Source: Collinsella sp.
Lineage (GTDB): Bacteria; Actinomycetota; Coriobacteriia; Coriobacteriales; Coriobacteriaceae
Assembly (NCBI GenBank): GCA_048524725.1
Contig: DBFVGT010000010.1
Coordinates: 1,125-65,124 of the forward strand
DNA: 64,000 bases
Direction of reading: 5' to 3'
This document shows positions 35,399 to 45,069 of the stretch, in pieces. The stretch's first letter is position 1. Each line of letters opens with the position of its first letter. A model generated the notes under the pieces. The model saw only the letters and a list, made by a program, of their open reading frames with translations. It did no database searches and was not told the origin of the DNA. The position numbers and the translations under genes are program-made.

Positions 35399-36762
35399 TG
35401 GTCAAATGCAAAGTAGACATTAAGCGTCTTCCCGTCGATTTCAACGAATCGAACGAAGGTGCCTAAGATCACTTCTGGCGTTAGGTTTTCCGCCGCATCA
35501 TCGAGCCACAGCATGAGTTCATCAACGCCGATGTTAAAAGCTTCCTCACGCTCGGCTATGCGCAGCTCCGCTTCAAGCTCACTCTTGCGCTGCTTCAGCT
35601 CTTCGGTGCGCTCTCTTCCGCCGGGTGGCGCTATCCCGTCTTCTATGGCTTGCCAGATTCGTTCAAAGGTTCGGTCAATCCGCTTCAGCTCTTTCTTTAT
35701 CGCGTAGCTTCTTGATTGTTCCTTCGGCTGCTCTTCCTGAAACTCAACCATCCCGCTTACTATGCGCCGCCTAACGTCTTCGCGCGCAACGGCTTGCAAG
35801 GTCATATCGCAAACAACGTCTTCTACGAGATCACGCCGCACGGTTCGGCGGCAATTGCGGCACTTGTAGTAGTGATACGTTGCGCCCGTGCATGACGTGC
35901 CGCTCGTGCCCGCCATTGGCGAACCGCACTTGGAGCAGTAGAGCTTGCCGGACAACGGGAACTCTAGCGTTGAGTTGATCTTGCGGCGCGGTTTGTGGCG
36001 GTCGCAAAGGATGTTGTCTATCATGTCTTGTTCGACCTGCGACCAGATGGCGGGCATTCCGTCCGGCACTTCATGACCGGCGTATTTGTATACTCCCGCG
36101 TTCTGGACGCGCTTTAGAAGCTTCGTGACGGTATCCTGATTAAACTTGGCACCGCGCTTGCTTCGCTCGGCGCTTACGGCGCGCACGATATCAGCGACAG
36201 AGCTACCGGCAAACAGCATGTTCTTCATCTTGCGCAGCACGGACGCTTCGCGCTCGTTGATGACGTATCGTCCTTCTACGATATCCCACCCGTACAGGGT
36301 GCGACCGTTCGCCATGCACCGTTGCGCGTTCTTCTGGATTCCGTCTCTAATGCGCTCGCTGTCTAGCGCGCTCTCATACTCAGCGAGCACTTCAAGCATT
36401 CCTAGCTGCAAAACGCCGCTTGACCCGCTGGAAATGTCTTCGCCAGCGTATAGGATTTCTACGCCAGCCTTGCGGAGCATGATTCGCGCAAGCGACATTT
36501 CATCGCGGTTGCGCATGATGCGCGTTACCTTGTAGATCACCACATAATCAAATAGCCCGTGTCGGGCATCGTTCATCATCCGCTGAAACTCGGCGCGGTC
36601 AATGTTGCGCCCCGTTTGCGCGTAGTCGCAGTATTCGCGAACGACCTGCAATCCCTCGCGCTCGCAGAACGCACGCGAGTTCTCAACTTGTATTTCGATG
36701 CTCTCTGAGCGCTGATTGTGCGAGCTAAAGCGCGCGTATATGGCAGCTCGGTTCTTCACCAT
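35089..36762 (-). CDS. Large serine integrase (phage R)
   Basis: YARFSS; LSGKLYCSKCG...YYKCRNC zinc ribbon; homologous to the phage L integrase. Confidence 0.95.
   Translation of the reverse strand: MVKNRAAIYARFSSHNQRSESIEIQVENSRAFCEREGLQVVREYCDYAQTGRNIDRAEFQRMMNDARHGLFDYVVIYKVTRIMRNRDEMSLARIMLRKAGVEILYAGEDISSGSSGVLQLGMLEVLAEYESALDSERIRDGIQKNAQRCMANGRTLYGWDIVEGRYVINEREASVLRKMKNMLFAGSSVADIVRAVSAERSKRGAKFNQDTVTKLLKRVQNAGVYKYAGHEVPDGMPAIWSQVEQDMIDNILCDRHKPRRKINSTLEFPLSGKLYCSKCGSPMAGTSGTSCTGATYHYYKCRNCRRTVRRDLVEDVVCDMTLQAVAREDVRRRIVSGMVEFQEEQPKEQSRSYAIKKELKRIDRTFERIWQAIEDGIAPPGGRERTEELKQRKSELEAELRIAEREEAFNIGVDELMLWLDDAAENLTPEVILGTFVRFVEIDGKTLNVYFAFDHYGDGFRPKQKKAELCPEGHSSTNSLMVELAFIRSNTSPPGPIAPGSDGLSPKPAESSNVNATRRPSSSSGPPSTTRATNVRRSCASSTSAAAMPSSQNSARS
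35293..35339. other. att junction between the two phages
   Basis: GTTCGACC (35293-300) and GGTCGAAC (35332-39) inverted repeat around CGCCAGCTCCACCA (35308-21). Confidence 0.8.
35332..35370 (+). terminator. Strong intrinsic terminator just 3' of the CCA core
   Basis: GGTCGAACTATGCCC-TTCG-GGGCATAGTTCGGCC-TTTTT. Confidence 0.85.
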
Positions 36763-36859
36763 GCTAAAATCACTCCTTAGAGCGAGCGCGGTAAAGCGCT
36801 CTGCTTTCTCACCAGCCCCGCGCGCGTTCCGGCAAGTTCCCGCGTGGGGTTTTCTTTTT

Positions 36860-37471
36860 TCAAAACAGCCTACATATCAAATCGGCTTCGCTTTTTTCTC
36901 TGGCGTTCCTAAAAAGGTCTTCGTTGTTACTTATGAGATGTCCGGTTTCATCCGTGACGCGATAGGCCGTCACTCCGAAATCAACGGTTTCAGTCTCTAC
37001 GTATTCCTCGCCATTCAATTCATCAAGCATTTCGCAAATATCGGGCATGCACTTTCCCGATTCAACCCTATATTCTCCTTCCGAATAGACCTGCCAAAGA
37101 AGAACCTTGCTATGAAACTCTAGGTTCTTTATAGCGTCCCTAAAAGACCTGTTGTTCCGATCTTCCTTCGCCTTTCTTTCGGCATCGGCGATAGAAGCAA
37201 GATCACGTCTCTTCTCGGCTGCTTCTGTCTCAATTCTCGCGCGCTCTGTTTCGTAAGCCTTTTTCGCTTCGACTTCAGACCTCTTGTCAGCTCCGAAGCT
37301 GCCGTACAGGAAGCCAGCAATGAATGACACGGCGAAGATGAGAGCAGAAACCCACGGTGGGGCGGATGGTACCACTACGCTTATGCCAAACACGCCGACA
37401 GTGCCTATTACAAGCGTGAGGGCGCTAACAATGCCATACAGAGACTTGAGGGATTGCCAAAGAGCTTTCAT
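36860..37471 (-). CDS. Accessory membrane protein in the lysogeny module (2 TM plus soluble domain)
   Basis: Lower GC; co-oriented directly downstream of the repressor. Confidence 0.7.
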   Translation of the reverse strand: MKALWQSLKSLYGIVSALTLVIGTVGVFGISVVVPSAPPWVSALIFAVSFIAGFLYGSFGADKRSEVEAKKAYETERARIETEAAEKRRDLASIADAERKAKEDRNNRSFRDAIKNLEFHSKVLLWQVYSEGEYRVESGKCMPDICEMLDELNGEEYVETETVDFGVTAYRVTDETGHLISNNEDLFRNAREKSEADLICRLF

Positions 37472-37852
37472 CTATACCGCCGCCCGCTTTTCGGTGGCAG
37501 ATATACCACGTTTGGCAGTCTCTTTAGATTCACCCGCTGCTGCGCGGGCTGTCATGGCTATGTTCTGCCGCCATTGCGGCGTGCTTTCTCGGTAGCAACC
37601 TACTATTTCGCGCTCTTCAGACGTTAAGCGTTCACCACTGTCTTCTCGCGGGTAGTCTTCGTACCAGCCGAGAATGTCGTTTGGCGTGCAGCCTAGGGCA
37701 ACGGCGCAATTCCATACCTGTTCAGCGTTCATCATTGCCGCGCCAGATTCCCAAGAACGATAGGTGTATTTGTTTACACCAATCTTCTTCGCGAAATCAT
37801 CCCTGTTTGAGTAGCCCGCCGCTTTGCGCAACCTCATAAGTTGGACGTTCAC
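37472..37852 (-). CDS. XRE-family repressor (phage R)
   Basis: LMRLRKAAGY...FAKKIGV...YRSWESG; no peptidase domain. Confidence 0.85.
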   Translation of the reverse strand: MNVQLMRLRKAAGYSNRDDFAKKIGVNKYTYRSWESGAAMMNAEQVWNCAVALGCTPNDILGWYEDYPREDSGERLTSEEREIVGCYRESTPQWRQNIAMTARAAAGESKETAKRGISATEKRAAV

Positions 37853-37883
37853 CGCTACCCTCCTTCGCTATTCGTACAAGTGC

Positions 37884-37988
37884 ATAGTACAACGTAGTTA
37901 GCTAATTCACAACGAAATTATTTGTTTTCACTTGACATAGCTACTCTGCTTGTCTATTGTTCCGTTACAGTTGCTAACGTGGTTAGCA
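37884..37988. promoter_or_regulatory. Divergent promoters and operator of the phage R switch
   Basis: Plus strand TTGACA (37932)-N17-TATTGT; minus strand TTGTGA-N17-TACTAT (37912-37884); palindrome TGCTAAC-N3-GTTAGCA at 37972-37988. Confidence 0.7.
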
Positions 37989-38014
37989 CTTATTGGTGAA
38001 GGAGGTGAACAAGC

Positions 38015-38239
38015 ATGGGATTCAACAAGGAAGTCTTTGCTGCGAATCTTCGAGCTGCCCGCGCGGCGCTCGACATGTCGCAGGAAGAGCTTGCTAAGGC
38101 TGTCGGCGTGTCCAAAGACGCAATCGTGAAGTACGAGAGCGGAGAGGGCTATACGCCGGGCGCTGACAAGATCGTTGCTATCTGTCGCGTCGTGCGCAAA
38201 AGCCCTAACGAGCTTATGGGGTGGAAGGAGACGGCCTAA
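38015..38239 (+). CDS. Cro-like HTH protein
   Basis: NLRAARAALDMSQEELAKAVGVS...YESG; AAGGAGGT RBS. Confidence 0.88.
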   Translation: MGFNKEVFAANLRAARAALDMSQEELAKAVGVSKDAIVKYESGEGYTPGADKIVAICRVVRKSPNELMGWKETA

Positions 38240-38971
38240 TGCTCGCTCTTGGCATCGCTCTTATCGTCATTGCCCTGCTAAGCCCGATGGGCGTTCCGAC
38301 GTTCATTGTCTGGCTCTTCGGAATCGGCGCGCTGGGCTTCTGGATGGGAAAGAGCATTGCGGAACCCGTTAGGAAAACGGAGGTTTCCAAGAATGAAAAC
38401 CGACATTAGAACCGGTGGTTTTGGGGGTGGTTTTACGGATGCACGAACCGTGCGGCCTAGATGCCGCGCAACGTCAGTTCTACCGCGAGATTACGGCTCT
38501 CGTTATCGCGTGGTTGCTTCGAAGAGAGATGCCCGCCCGGTGTTGCAGCACCGAACGGGCGCGTCAAATGGGGCTTACCAATTGACAGAAGACAGTATAG
38601 CGCGCATGCCGCGCTGGAAGCGCTGGGGATTGTATGCGATTGCTGCTCTCACCATGTCGGGAATCATCCCGGCGCTTGCATGCAACGCGCTTCTCTGGCT
38701 ATGCGAAAGCGTGGGCTGGTGGCTTCTCGTTCCGCTCTACGTCGTGGTTGGGCGCGCTCTCTGGCGCGTGATGTGGTCATGAAGGCCGAAGTCTACCGCG
38801 ACAACGCGGGCTTCTGGATGGCACGCATTCAGGAAGACGCGGGTACGCCTGAAAATCGGGGCGTCGGCACCGTGTATCGCCGCCAGATGCTACCAGTAGC
38901 GCCCTCGGCGAGCAGGGCGGAAGCGGAAGCGGCATTGCGACGCGTCATGAGCCGCGAAGCGAGGTGCCCGC

Positions 38972-39373
38972 ATGGACACCGATAACTACACGCGACCGCT
39001 CGAAGCCGTCATGCGCGATGAGCGCCAGCGCGTCTACTCGATGCCGCTAAAGGTCGCCGACAGGCGCTACCTGTTCAAGGAGTGGTGCGAGAAGAACCCG
39101 AAGGCGCTGCGCGAGATCGAGCTTACGGCGCTCGCAATCGACGCTCGCGGGCTTCGCGTCTCAACTAAGTACCTCATCGAGAAGCAGCGCTACGAAGGAA
39201 CCGTAAAGCTCGTTGGCGTTCCCTTCGTTGACGATCAGGGCAACGAACACACCTACGGAATCAATAACAGCGACAGTTCTTTGCTCGCGCGATGGCTGCT
39301 AGAGCGGCACCCGGAAATGCGCATCGAGCTTAGAACGTCCATGTTCGACAAGGAGAAGAAAGATGAAGCGTAA
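38972..39373 (+). CDS. Hypothetical protein
   Basis: 133 aa; GAGGT RBS; phage-like codon usage. Confidence 0.65.
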   Translation: MDTDNYTRPLEAVMRDERQRVYSMPLKVADRRYLFKEWCEKNPKALREIELTALAIDARGLRVSTKYLIEKQRYEGTVKLVGVPFVDDQGNEHTYGINNSDSSLLARWLLERHPEMRIELRTSMFDKEKKDEA

Positions 39374-39641
39374 GGAAATCACGAGCACCATCGCCAAGGT
39401 CGGCGCAGCAACGTTCGCACTGAACGGGAGCATGACGCTCCTTAACCAGAAGACCGACGAAGCGCTCGATATCGACATGCCCTCAACGCTCGCGATCATT
39501 CGCGGCACCCTCGCATGGGTTGACACCCTTCTTGAAGAGGACGCGAAGCCTGAGCCTAGCGCCATTAAGCACATGCAAAAGCTGCTCACCTACGTTGGCA
39601 GCTCTATCGCCTACGACATTTCGAGCGATGAGACGGAATAG
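39363..39641 (+). CDS. Hypothetical protein
   Basis: AAGGAG RBS; 92 aa. Confidence 0.6.
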   Translation: MKRKEITSTIAKVGAATFALNGSMTLLNQKTDEALDIDMPSTLAIIRGTLAWVDTLLEEDAKPEPSAIKHMQKLLTYVGSSIAYDISSDETE

Positions 39642-39866
39642 CGCGCAGGAAGCGTTGCCGCTCGATTTCGGCGAGCCGCCGATGCCAGACCCCGAAGCAT
39701 GCGAGTTCGAAACGCTGCGCTGCATGGGCAAGACCTGCTGCACGTTTCGCGGGCGCGACATTTGGACGAACTGCCGGGAGATAGGGCGCTGCGTATGGAG
39801 CGGATGGCACCAACGCGGCAAGGCGTGCGAGTTCGGCGACGAGGAAGACGGTTAGGGGGTGACAAC

Positions 39867-40322
39867 GTGCCTACAAGGGAGGAAACGACCGCCGCGCAAG
39901 AGCCTATGGCCTTCTTCTCGCACGATTCAAACGCTTCTCAGGACGTTAAGTGCCAAAGGCTCATACATCGCCGGGGATATGACGGATACGGGCGCTGGTG
40001 GCGGCTCTGCGAGTATCTGGCGGCGACCAAAGGGCACCGCATCGCATTCGAGACGGAGGAAGACGCGCTTATTCTCGCGGGCGTTCTCGGCTTCGGGCAA
40101 TCCGGCGCGTTCGATGAGTTCATGGCGATTGAGGATTGCAAATCCTTCGTCTCTGAGCTGTTGGATATCGGGCTTCTCGAACGCGATCCTGACGGTTTCT
40201 TGACGAACTTTCGGATGCTCGAAAACGCGCTTTATTTCGGTCGCCAACGCGCAAACGGGCGCAAGGGCGGAAGGCCGCGCAAAAACGCAAAGAACAACGA
40301 TTCAGCAGGTCAGGAGGTGTAA
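39867..40322 (+). CDS. Replication initiator N-terminal domain (DUF4373/Lin1244-like)
   Basis: FFSHDSNASQDVKCQRL...GYGRWWRLCEYL; NGRKGGRPRK. Confidence 0.75.
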   Translation: MPTREETTAAQEPMAFFSHDSNASQDVKCQRLIHRRGYDGYGRWWRLCEYLAATKGHRIAFETEEDALILAGVLGFGQSGAFDEFMAIEDCKSFVSELLDIGLLERDPDGFLTNFRMLENALYFGRQRANGRKGGRPRKNAKNNDSAGQEV

Positions 40323-40334
40323 AGACATGACTTG

Positions 40335-40598
40335 TAAACCCAATGCAAAACCGATGGTTTTAGGTTGGCTAAACCCACTCGCAAATGGTCGCCTAACCAT
40401 AAAACAAAACAAAACAAAACAAGATAAGGCGGGTTTTGGTTCCTTGAACCAAAACCAAAACCCGCCGAACGTGCTTGTTGGTCAACCTATCAAGCAAGGT
40501 TTCTTCTCTTGCTTCTTCTCTTTGCGGCCTTGTTTAGTGCGGATCATTCGTGCGACAGCAGAGCGGTTTTACACAGCTTTTCAACAGAGTTTTCCACA
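40335..40598. repeat. Probable phage R replication origin
   Basis: AAACC/GGTTT repeats, AAAAC x4, inverted repeat GGCGGGTTTTGGTT/AACCAAAACCCGCC, three DnaA-box-like 9-mers. Confidence 0.7.
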
Positions 40599-40622
40599 AT
40601 CAGGCGAATTGGGGGTGAAAGC

Positions 40623-41015
40623 ATGATGGCACCGACAACACGAGACGCTGCGCGTGAGCTGTTCGCAAGCAAACTCTCATACGAGCTGATTGCTTGGAAC
40701 GACATTCGAGCGCTCGAAGGATTCCTTGCAATCGAGTACGCGCGGCACGAGCGCGACGGGCACCACATGGAAATGCGCCCGGCGTACCGCAAGAAGTACC
40801 AGCCGCAAATCAACCTCGCCAAAGACGGCGTGGGCATCAAGAGCGCCTTCCTGCGCGTGAGCGGCTTCTACTTCCAAGGGCGCGAAGCAATCTCGTTCAA
40901 CGAAGACGGGTTCATTGGCATTGCCGGTTGGGCTGATGACACGAACGTTCAGCCATTTCTACGGGCGTTCTACAGGTGGGTTTGCGAATGGATGATTGGA
41001 GTTGTCTACCGATGA
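40623..41015 (+). CDS. Hypothetical protein
   Basis: 130 aa; YFQGREAISFNEDGFIGIAGWAD. Confidence 0.65.
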   Translation: MMAPTTRDAARELFASKLSYELIAWNDIRALEGFLAIEYARHERDGHHMEMRPAYRKKYQPQINLAKDGVGIKSAFLRVSGFYFQGREAISFNEDGFIGIAGWADDTNVQPFLRAFYRWVCEWMIGVVYR

Positions 41016-41293
41016 TTGAGACGAAAAACGCCAAGAGCCTTGCGGAGCTTTCGCAGGGAAACGCCGTCGAGCATCCCGACCATTACGCGGGCGACGGTCA
41101 GATTGAGTGCATGGACGCTATGCGCTCAATGATGAGCGGCGACCAGTACGCCTTGCCGCCCATCGCCGCCCACTGGTGGGCGGAAGCCTTCGAGTACATC
41201 TGGCGCTGGCGGCGCAAGGGCGGTGTTCAGGACTTGCAGAAGTGCAAGCAGTGCCTTGACTACCTGATTGCCGAGATTGAAGGCAAGAAGTGA
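41012..41293 (+). CDS. DUF3310-like protein
   Basis: VEHPDHY...IECMDAM...YIWRWRRKGGVQDLQK. Confidence 0.85.
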   Translation: MIETKNAKSLAELSQGNAVEHPDHYAGDGQIECMDAMRSMMSGDQYALPPIAAHWWAEAFEYIWRWRRKGGVQDLQKCKQCLDYLIAEIEGKK

Positions 41294-41446
41294 AGCGTTA
41301 CCAGATAGTTCTTTGCGCGATTGCCACCGTAGCGACCATAGCCGCCTTCTGGTGCGTCTGCTACTGGGCTTATCAATCGCTTCTGGCAATCGCCCTGTTT
41401 CTTGTGTTCCTAGCGCTCATATCGGTTTCGTTTTAGGAGGTAACAC

Positions 41447-41674
41447 GTGGATACGAAGACCATTACGCGCAATTTCACCTACCACGCCCCGCACGGCGAC
41501 CAGCCCGCGAGATTCGAGCTTTTGCGCAGCACTGCGCGAGGGCTTGCCGTGACCATTCAAGGCGAATGCCCGGAAAGCCGCGAGAAATCGCTTGCTTTTA
41601 CGAAGCTCGAAGAGTGCATCATGTGGGCTAACGCCGCCATAGCTCGCAACGAGATTGAAGGCGGTGAGCAGTAA
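41447..41674 (+). CDS. Small helical protein with Acb2/Tad1-like hairpin motif
   Basis: NFTYHAP...CPESREKSLAFTKLEECIMWANAAIARN; AGGAGG RBS. Confidence 0.65.
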   Translation: MDTKTITRNFTYHAPHGDQPARFELLRSTARGLAVTIQGECPESREKSLAFTKLEECIMWANAAIARNEIEGGEQ

Positions 41675-42087
41675 TGGACGAAAGCAAGATCACCGAGCGC
41701 GGTGTTTACGGTTGTTTGGCAGTCGTGCTGTTCTCCGTCCTGTCTATCGTGGCTAGCGTCGCCGTTGGAGTTTTCTTCGGCGCTGGGCTCGGGCTTCTCG
41801 CCTACGCTCTCTTCATCGTCTTTGCGACGGTCTGCGTGCTTCGAGCCTTCAAGAAGGCCGGTAATTAGCATGGGTGGCAAGTATGAGGTTCGCGGTGCGA
41901 TGAGCGGACTTTGCCCGTTCTGGAACGGCCAATTTACCAACTCGCTTGCTCATGCCCTGCTGCTGCTCATCCGATTTTCTCCGAAGTATCGAATAGTTGA
42001 GTTCAACATCAGGAAAGAGCCGTTGGATTGCGCGGACTGCCACGACGATAACTGCCCTTCGCGGATTCGTGAAAACTGCGAGTGGTC

Positions 42088-43266
42088 ATGATGGGCGTTA
42101 AGGTCAAGCGCGGTGCAGATGGCGTTTTCGAGTGCCGGTTGTACCTTGGGCGCAGCATCGACGGCAAGGCGATTCGCCCTTACAAGCGGTTTCCGAATGC
42201 GGCTACCGAAGAGGAAGCGCAAGCCCTCGCTGAGACGTGGGCGGCTTACGTGACGGCTGACGGAACGGTTAGAAGCGCCCGCTTGACCGATTTGCTCGAA
42301 GACTACGTGCAGATGCGCGAGCGCAACGGCGCAAGCCCGAACAGCATTAAGAGCTATCGGCTGTTCTGTCGCTACGTCGCACGTTACCTGAAGACCGCAA
42401 ACGCACGCGATCTCGGCGTTATGGACTTCAACCGCTTTGAGCAACGCTTGCTCATGGCGAAAGACGAAGGCGGGCAAGGTCTTTGCCGCAATAGTGTTAT
42501 CAACGTCCACAACTTCTTGCGCGGCGCTTATAACCACTTCGTAGACGCTGGCATATGCGACGCTAACCCGCTGGTGTACGTCGCCAAGCCGTCGCCGGAA
42601 CGGCACGAAGCTTCGGCGCTCACCGAATGGGACTTCGAGGGATTCAACGGAAAGCTGGAAGGCGCGCTTAGCAAGGAGATCGTGACGAAGGCCGACTACC
42701 GAGCCGCCGTCTATGCCTTCGCTTCGTGGCTGTCGCTCGTTACCGGCATGCGCGTTGGCGAGGTCTGCGCGGTGCAGCGCATCGACGTTAAGCGCGCACT
42801 GTCTTACGTCCACGTCGGCGGCAACGTCATTGAGGGCAAGGGGAAGAAGCCTTATCGCCGAAACGTCACCAAAGGCCGCAAGTGCCGCAACATCGCTCTT
42901 ACGCAAGACGATATCGCGGTCATTGATGCCTTCGCGAAGCTTCAGAGCGACGTTCTGGGGCGATTGGGCGCTGATTGCCCACTGGTGACGCTAGACGGCT
43001 CTTACATGCGCCCAACGACGATTTCACGGGCTTTCAGCCGCATACGCGACGCATGCGGACTGCCGCGAGAGATCACGTTTCACAGCTTGCGGCACACGCA
43101 CGCTTCGTGGCTTATCGCCAACGGCTGCGACCTGAAGACGCTATCGGAGCGCATGGGGCACGCGGACGAAGCAACGACGCTTCGAATCTACGGCCACCTG
43201 ATGCCCGGACGAGACGCGGCGGCGGCTCAGCTCTTCAGTGAAGCGAAGCGCCGCGCGGCGGGTTAG
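42088..43266 (+). CDS. Tyrosine recombinase/integrase inside the early operon
   Basis: TGMRVGE, HSLRHTHAS, MGH...TTLRIYGH catalytic residues. Confidence 0.93.
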   Translation: MMGVKVKRGADGVFECRLYLGRSIDGKAIRPYKRFPNAATEEEAQALAETWAAYVTADGTVRSARLTDLLEDYVQMRERNGASPNSIKSYRLFCRYVARYLKTANARDLGVMDFNRFEQRLLMAKDEGGQGLCRNSVINVHNFLRGAYNHFVDAGICDANPLVYVAKPSPERHEASALTEWDFEGFNGKLEGALSKEIVTKADYRAAVYAFASWLSLVTGMRVGEVCAVQRIDVKRALSYVHVGGNVIEGKGKKPYRRNVTKGRKCRNIALTQDDIAVIDAFAKLQSDVLGRLGADCPLVTLDGSYMRPTTISRAFSRIRDACGLPREITFHSLRHTHASWLIANGCDLKTLSERMGHADEATTLRIYGHLMPGRDAAAAQLFSEAKRRAAG

Positions 43267-43413
43267 GGGGTGTGCCAAAGGTGAACCAAAACGCCGTTTT
43301 CGGGCATCGCGGCGACCGAGGACGAAACGCGAGATAAACCGCCGCTTTCGGCACGGGTTAAGACCGCCCGTGCCAGATAAGAAGTAATTATCCGGCAATC
43401 GTGAGAAGGGAGG

Positions 43414-43671
43414 GTGCCAGTGGAGCCGCAAACGTTCGATTTCAAGCCTGACGCGCCGAAGCTGAGCAAGGAAATGCAAGCGACGTTGGCGAAGACCGAA
43501 GCCGCCCTAAAGCATATGTGGGAGCGCGAGAAGCGGGAAGCGCAAACGGTCTATGAGATCACCATTCCCGCCCAAACGCTAACCATCTTCGGCAAGGAGC
43601 ACGCAGAGCACACGTTGCGAACGTTGAAGGGCTTGAAGCTCACTGGCACCTATCGAATCACGAAGAAATGA
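43414..43671 (+). CDS. Hypothetical protein
   Basis: 85 aa; GGAGG RBS. Confidence 0.55.
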   Translation: MPVEPQTFDFKPDAPKLSKEMQATLAKTEAALKHMWEREKREAQTVYEITIPAQTLTIFGKEHAEHTLRTLKGLKLTGTYRITKK

Positions 43672-43831
43672 GGTGCGATGAAAACCATTGAGCTTAACGA
43701 CGATGACTGGGCACGGCTCAAACGAAATCTGATGAACGGCAGCGTTGACGATGCCCTGAAGGACTACACGCCGCCCGTCAAGCTGACGCACGGCACCGAA
43801 TACATCACTTACGAGAAGGAAGGTTACGAAG

Positions 43832-44140
43832 ATGATTCCGAATCTGACAACTGAGCAGCGCCGCGAAAACCTCGAAAAGGCGAAGGCCGCACGACAGCGC
43901 CGCGCCGCGATCTTGAAGGGCGTTGCCGATGGCTCTTACAGCGTGCCCGACGTGCTCAACATGGCTTGCACTGATGACACCGTGGCGCGAATGAAGGTCT
44001 TTACGCTCATCAAGGCGGCACCGGGCTACGGTTTCGCCCGCACGCAGCAGACCATGCGCAAGCTTCACATTTCCGAATCGCGCCGCCTTCGCGGCCTTGG
44101 CGCTAACCAGCGCGCGGCGCTCATGGAGGTGTTCGCATGA
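43832..44140 (+). CDS. mihF: Actinobacterial integration host factor (mIHF/sIHF-like)
   Basis: LTTEQR..NLEKAKAARQRRA...MKV..LI.A.PG.G...I.ESRRLRGLGANQRAAL. Confidence 0.88.
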   Translation: MIPNLTTEQRRENLEKAKAARQRRAAILKGVADGSYSVPDVLNMACTDDTVARMKVFTLIKAAPGYGFARTQQTMRKLHISESRRLRGLGANQRAALMEVFA

Positions 44141-44317
44141 ACGCTGATAGTGTCGAGTACATCATCAGTTTCATTTTTACTGTTGCTCTGCTTGCGTGTT
44201 TGACGTGCATTGCTTGTCGGCTCACCGACATTCTCCACGCGATAAGGAACTTGCATAACTTTTCGGTTATCCCAAGAAACATCGACGTGTTCATAACGAG
44301 GAAGGGCAAGGATAACG

Positions 44318-44773
44318 ATGAGTCTTAACAAGATCACGCTTTCGGGCAATCTCGGCGCAGATGCCGAGCTGCGCTATACGAAGAGCGGAAACCCCGTCGT
44401 TTCGTTCTCGCTTGCTGTCAACGAGCGCACGCCGAACGGCGACGGCACATGGGGCGAATATACCAACTGGCCTGATTGTGTCATGTTCGGCAAGCGCGCT
44501 GAAGCGCTCGCGCCGTGGCTTCGCAAGGGCACCAAGATTTCGCTTATTGGTCACATCCACACGCGCAGCTATCAGAAGGACGGCCAGAGCATCAAGCGCT
44601 GGGAAGTTCGCGTTGATGACGTGGAACTCATGCAGTACAAGCGCGACGCGCAATCGCCAGCACCGGCGAACGCAGCCGCGCCCGGCCTTGCGATGGCTAC
44701 CGGCGACCCGTCGCCCGTTGCGCCAGTGCAACCGGCAGCGCCAGACCTTTACGACGATGACGTACCGTTTTAG
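44318..44773 (+). CDS. ssb: Single-stranded DNA-binding protein
   Basis: MSLNKITLSGNLGADAELRYT; ends DDDVPF. Confidence 0.93.
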   Translation: MSLNKITLSGNLGADAELRYTKSGNPVVSFSLAVNERTPNGDGTWGEYTNWPDCVMFGKRAEALAPWLRKGTKISLIGHIHTRSYQKDGQSIKRWEVRVDDVELMQYKRDAQSPAPANAAAPGLAMATGDPSPVAPVQPAAPDLYDDDVPF

Positions 44774-44784
44774 GAGGAAGAAGG

Positions 44785-45069
44785 ATGTTCGGAATCAAGA
44801 AGAAGGGCGCAGAGATCAAGCAGCCCGTTTATGTCGTGCTCGTGCCGGAGGTCGCGGCATACGCCAGCGCCGCTTCGTTCCCGGTCGATTCGGCGGGTAA
44901 GCTCGTTTTTCTCAACGACACGGTGGAGCATGAGGGCAGCGAATATCAGGTTGTCGCGATGAGCCACCGAAACAAGGTTGTTATCCGCCCGAATGGTCAG
45001 ACTTACGGCGGCAAGTGGGTTAAGGCTGGAAGCGTGCGCGTCACGCGTCATGTTCTGGGGGTGCGCTAA
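44785..45069 (+). CDS. Hypothetical protein
   Basis: 94 aa with RBS, coupled to dUTPase. Confidence 0.6.
   Translation: MFGIKKKGAEIKQPVYVVLVPEVAAYASAASFPVDSAGKLVFLNDTVEHEGSEYQVVAMSHRNKVVIRPNGQTYGGKWVKAGSVRVTRHVLGVR

Noticed and set aside
40335..40470. CRISPR array
   Set aside because: Short irregular repeats without unique spacers and no cas genes; better explained as an origin
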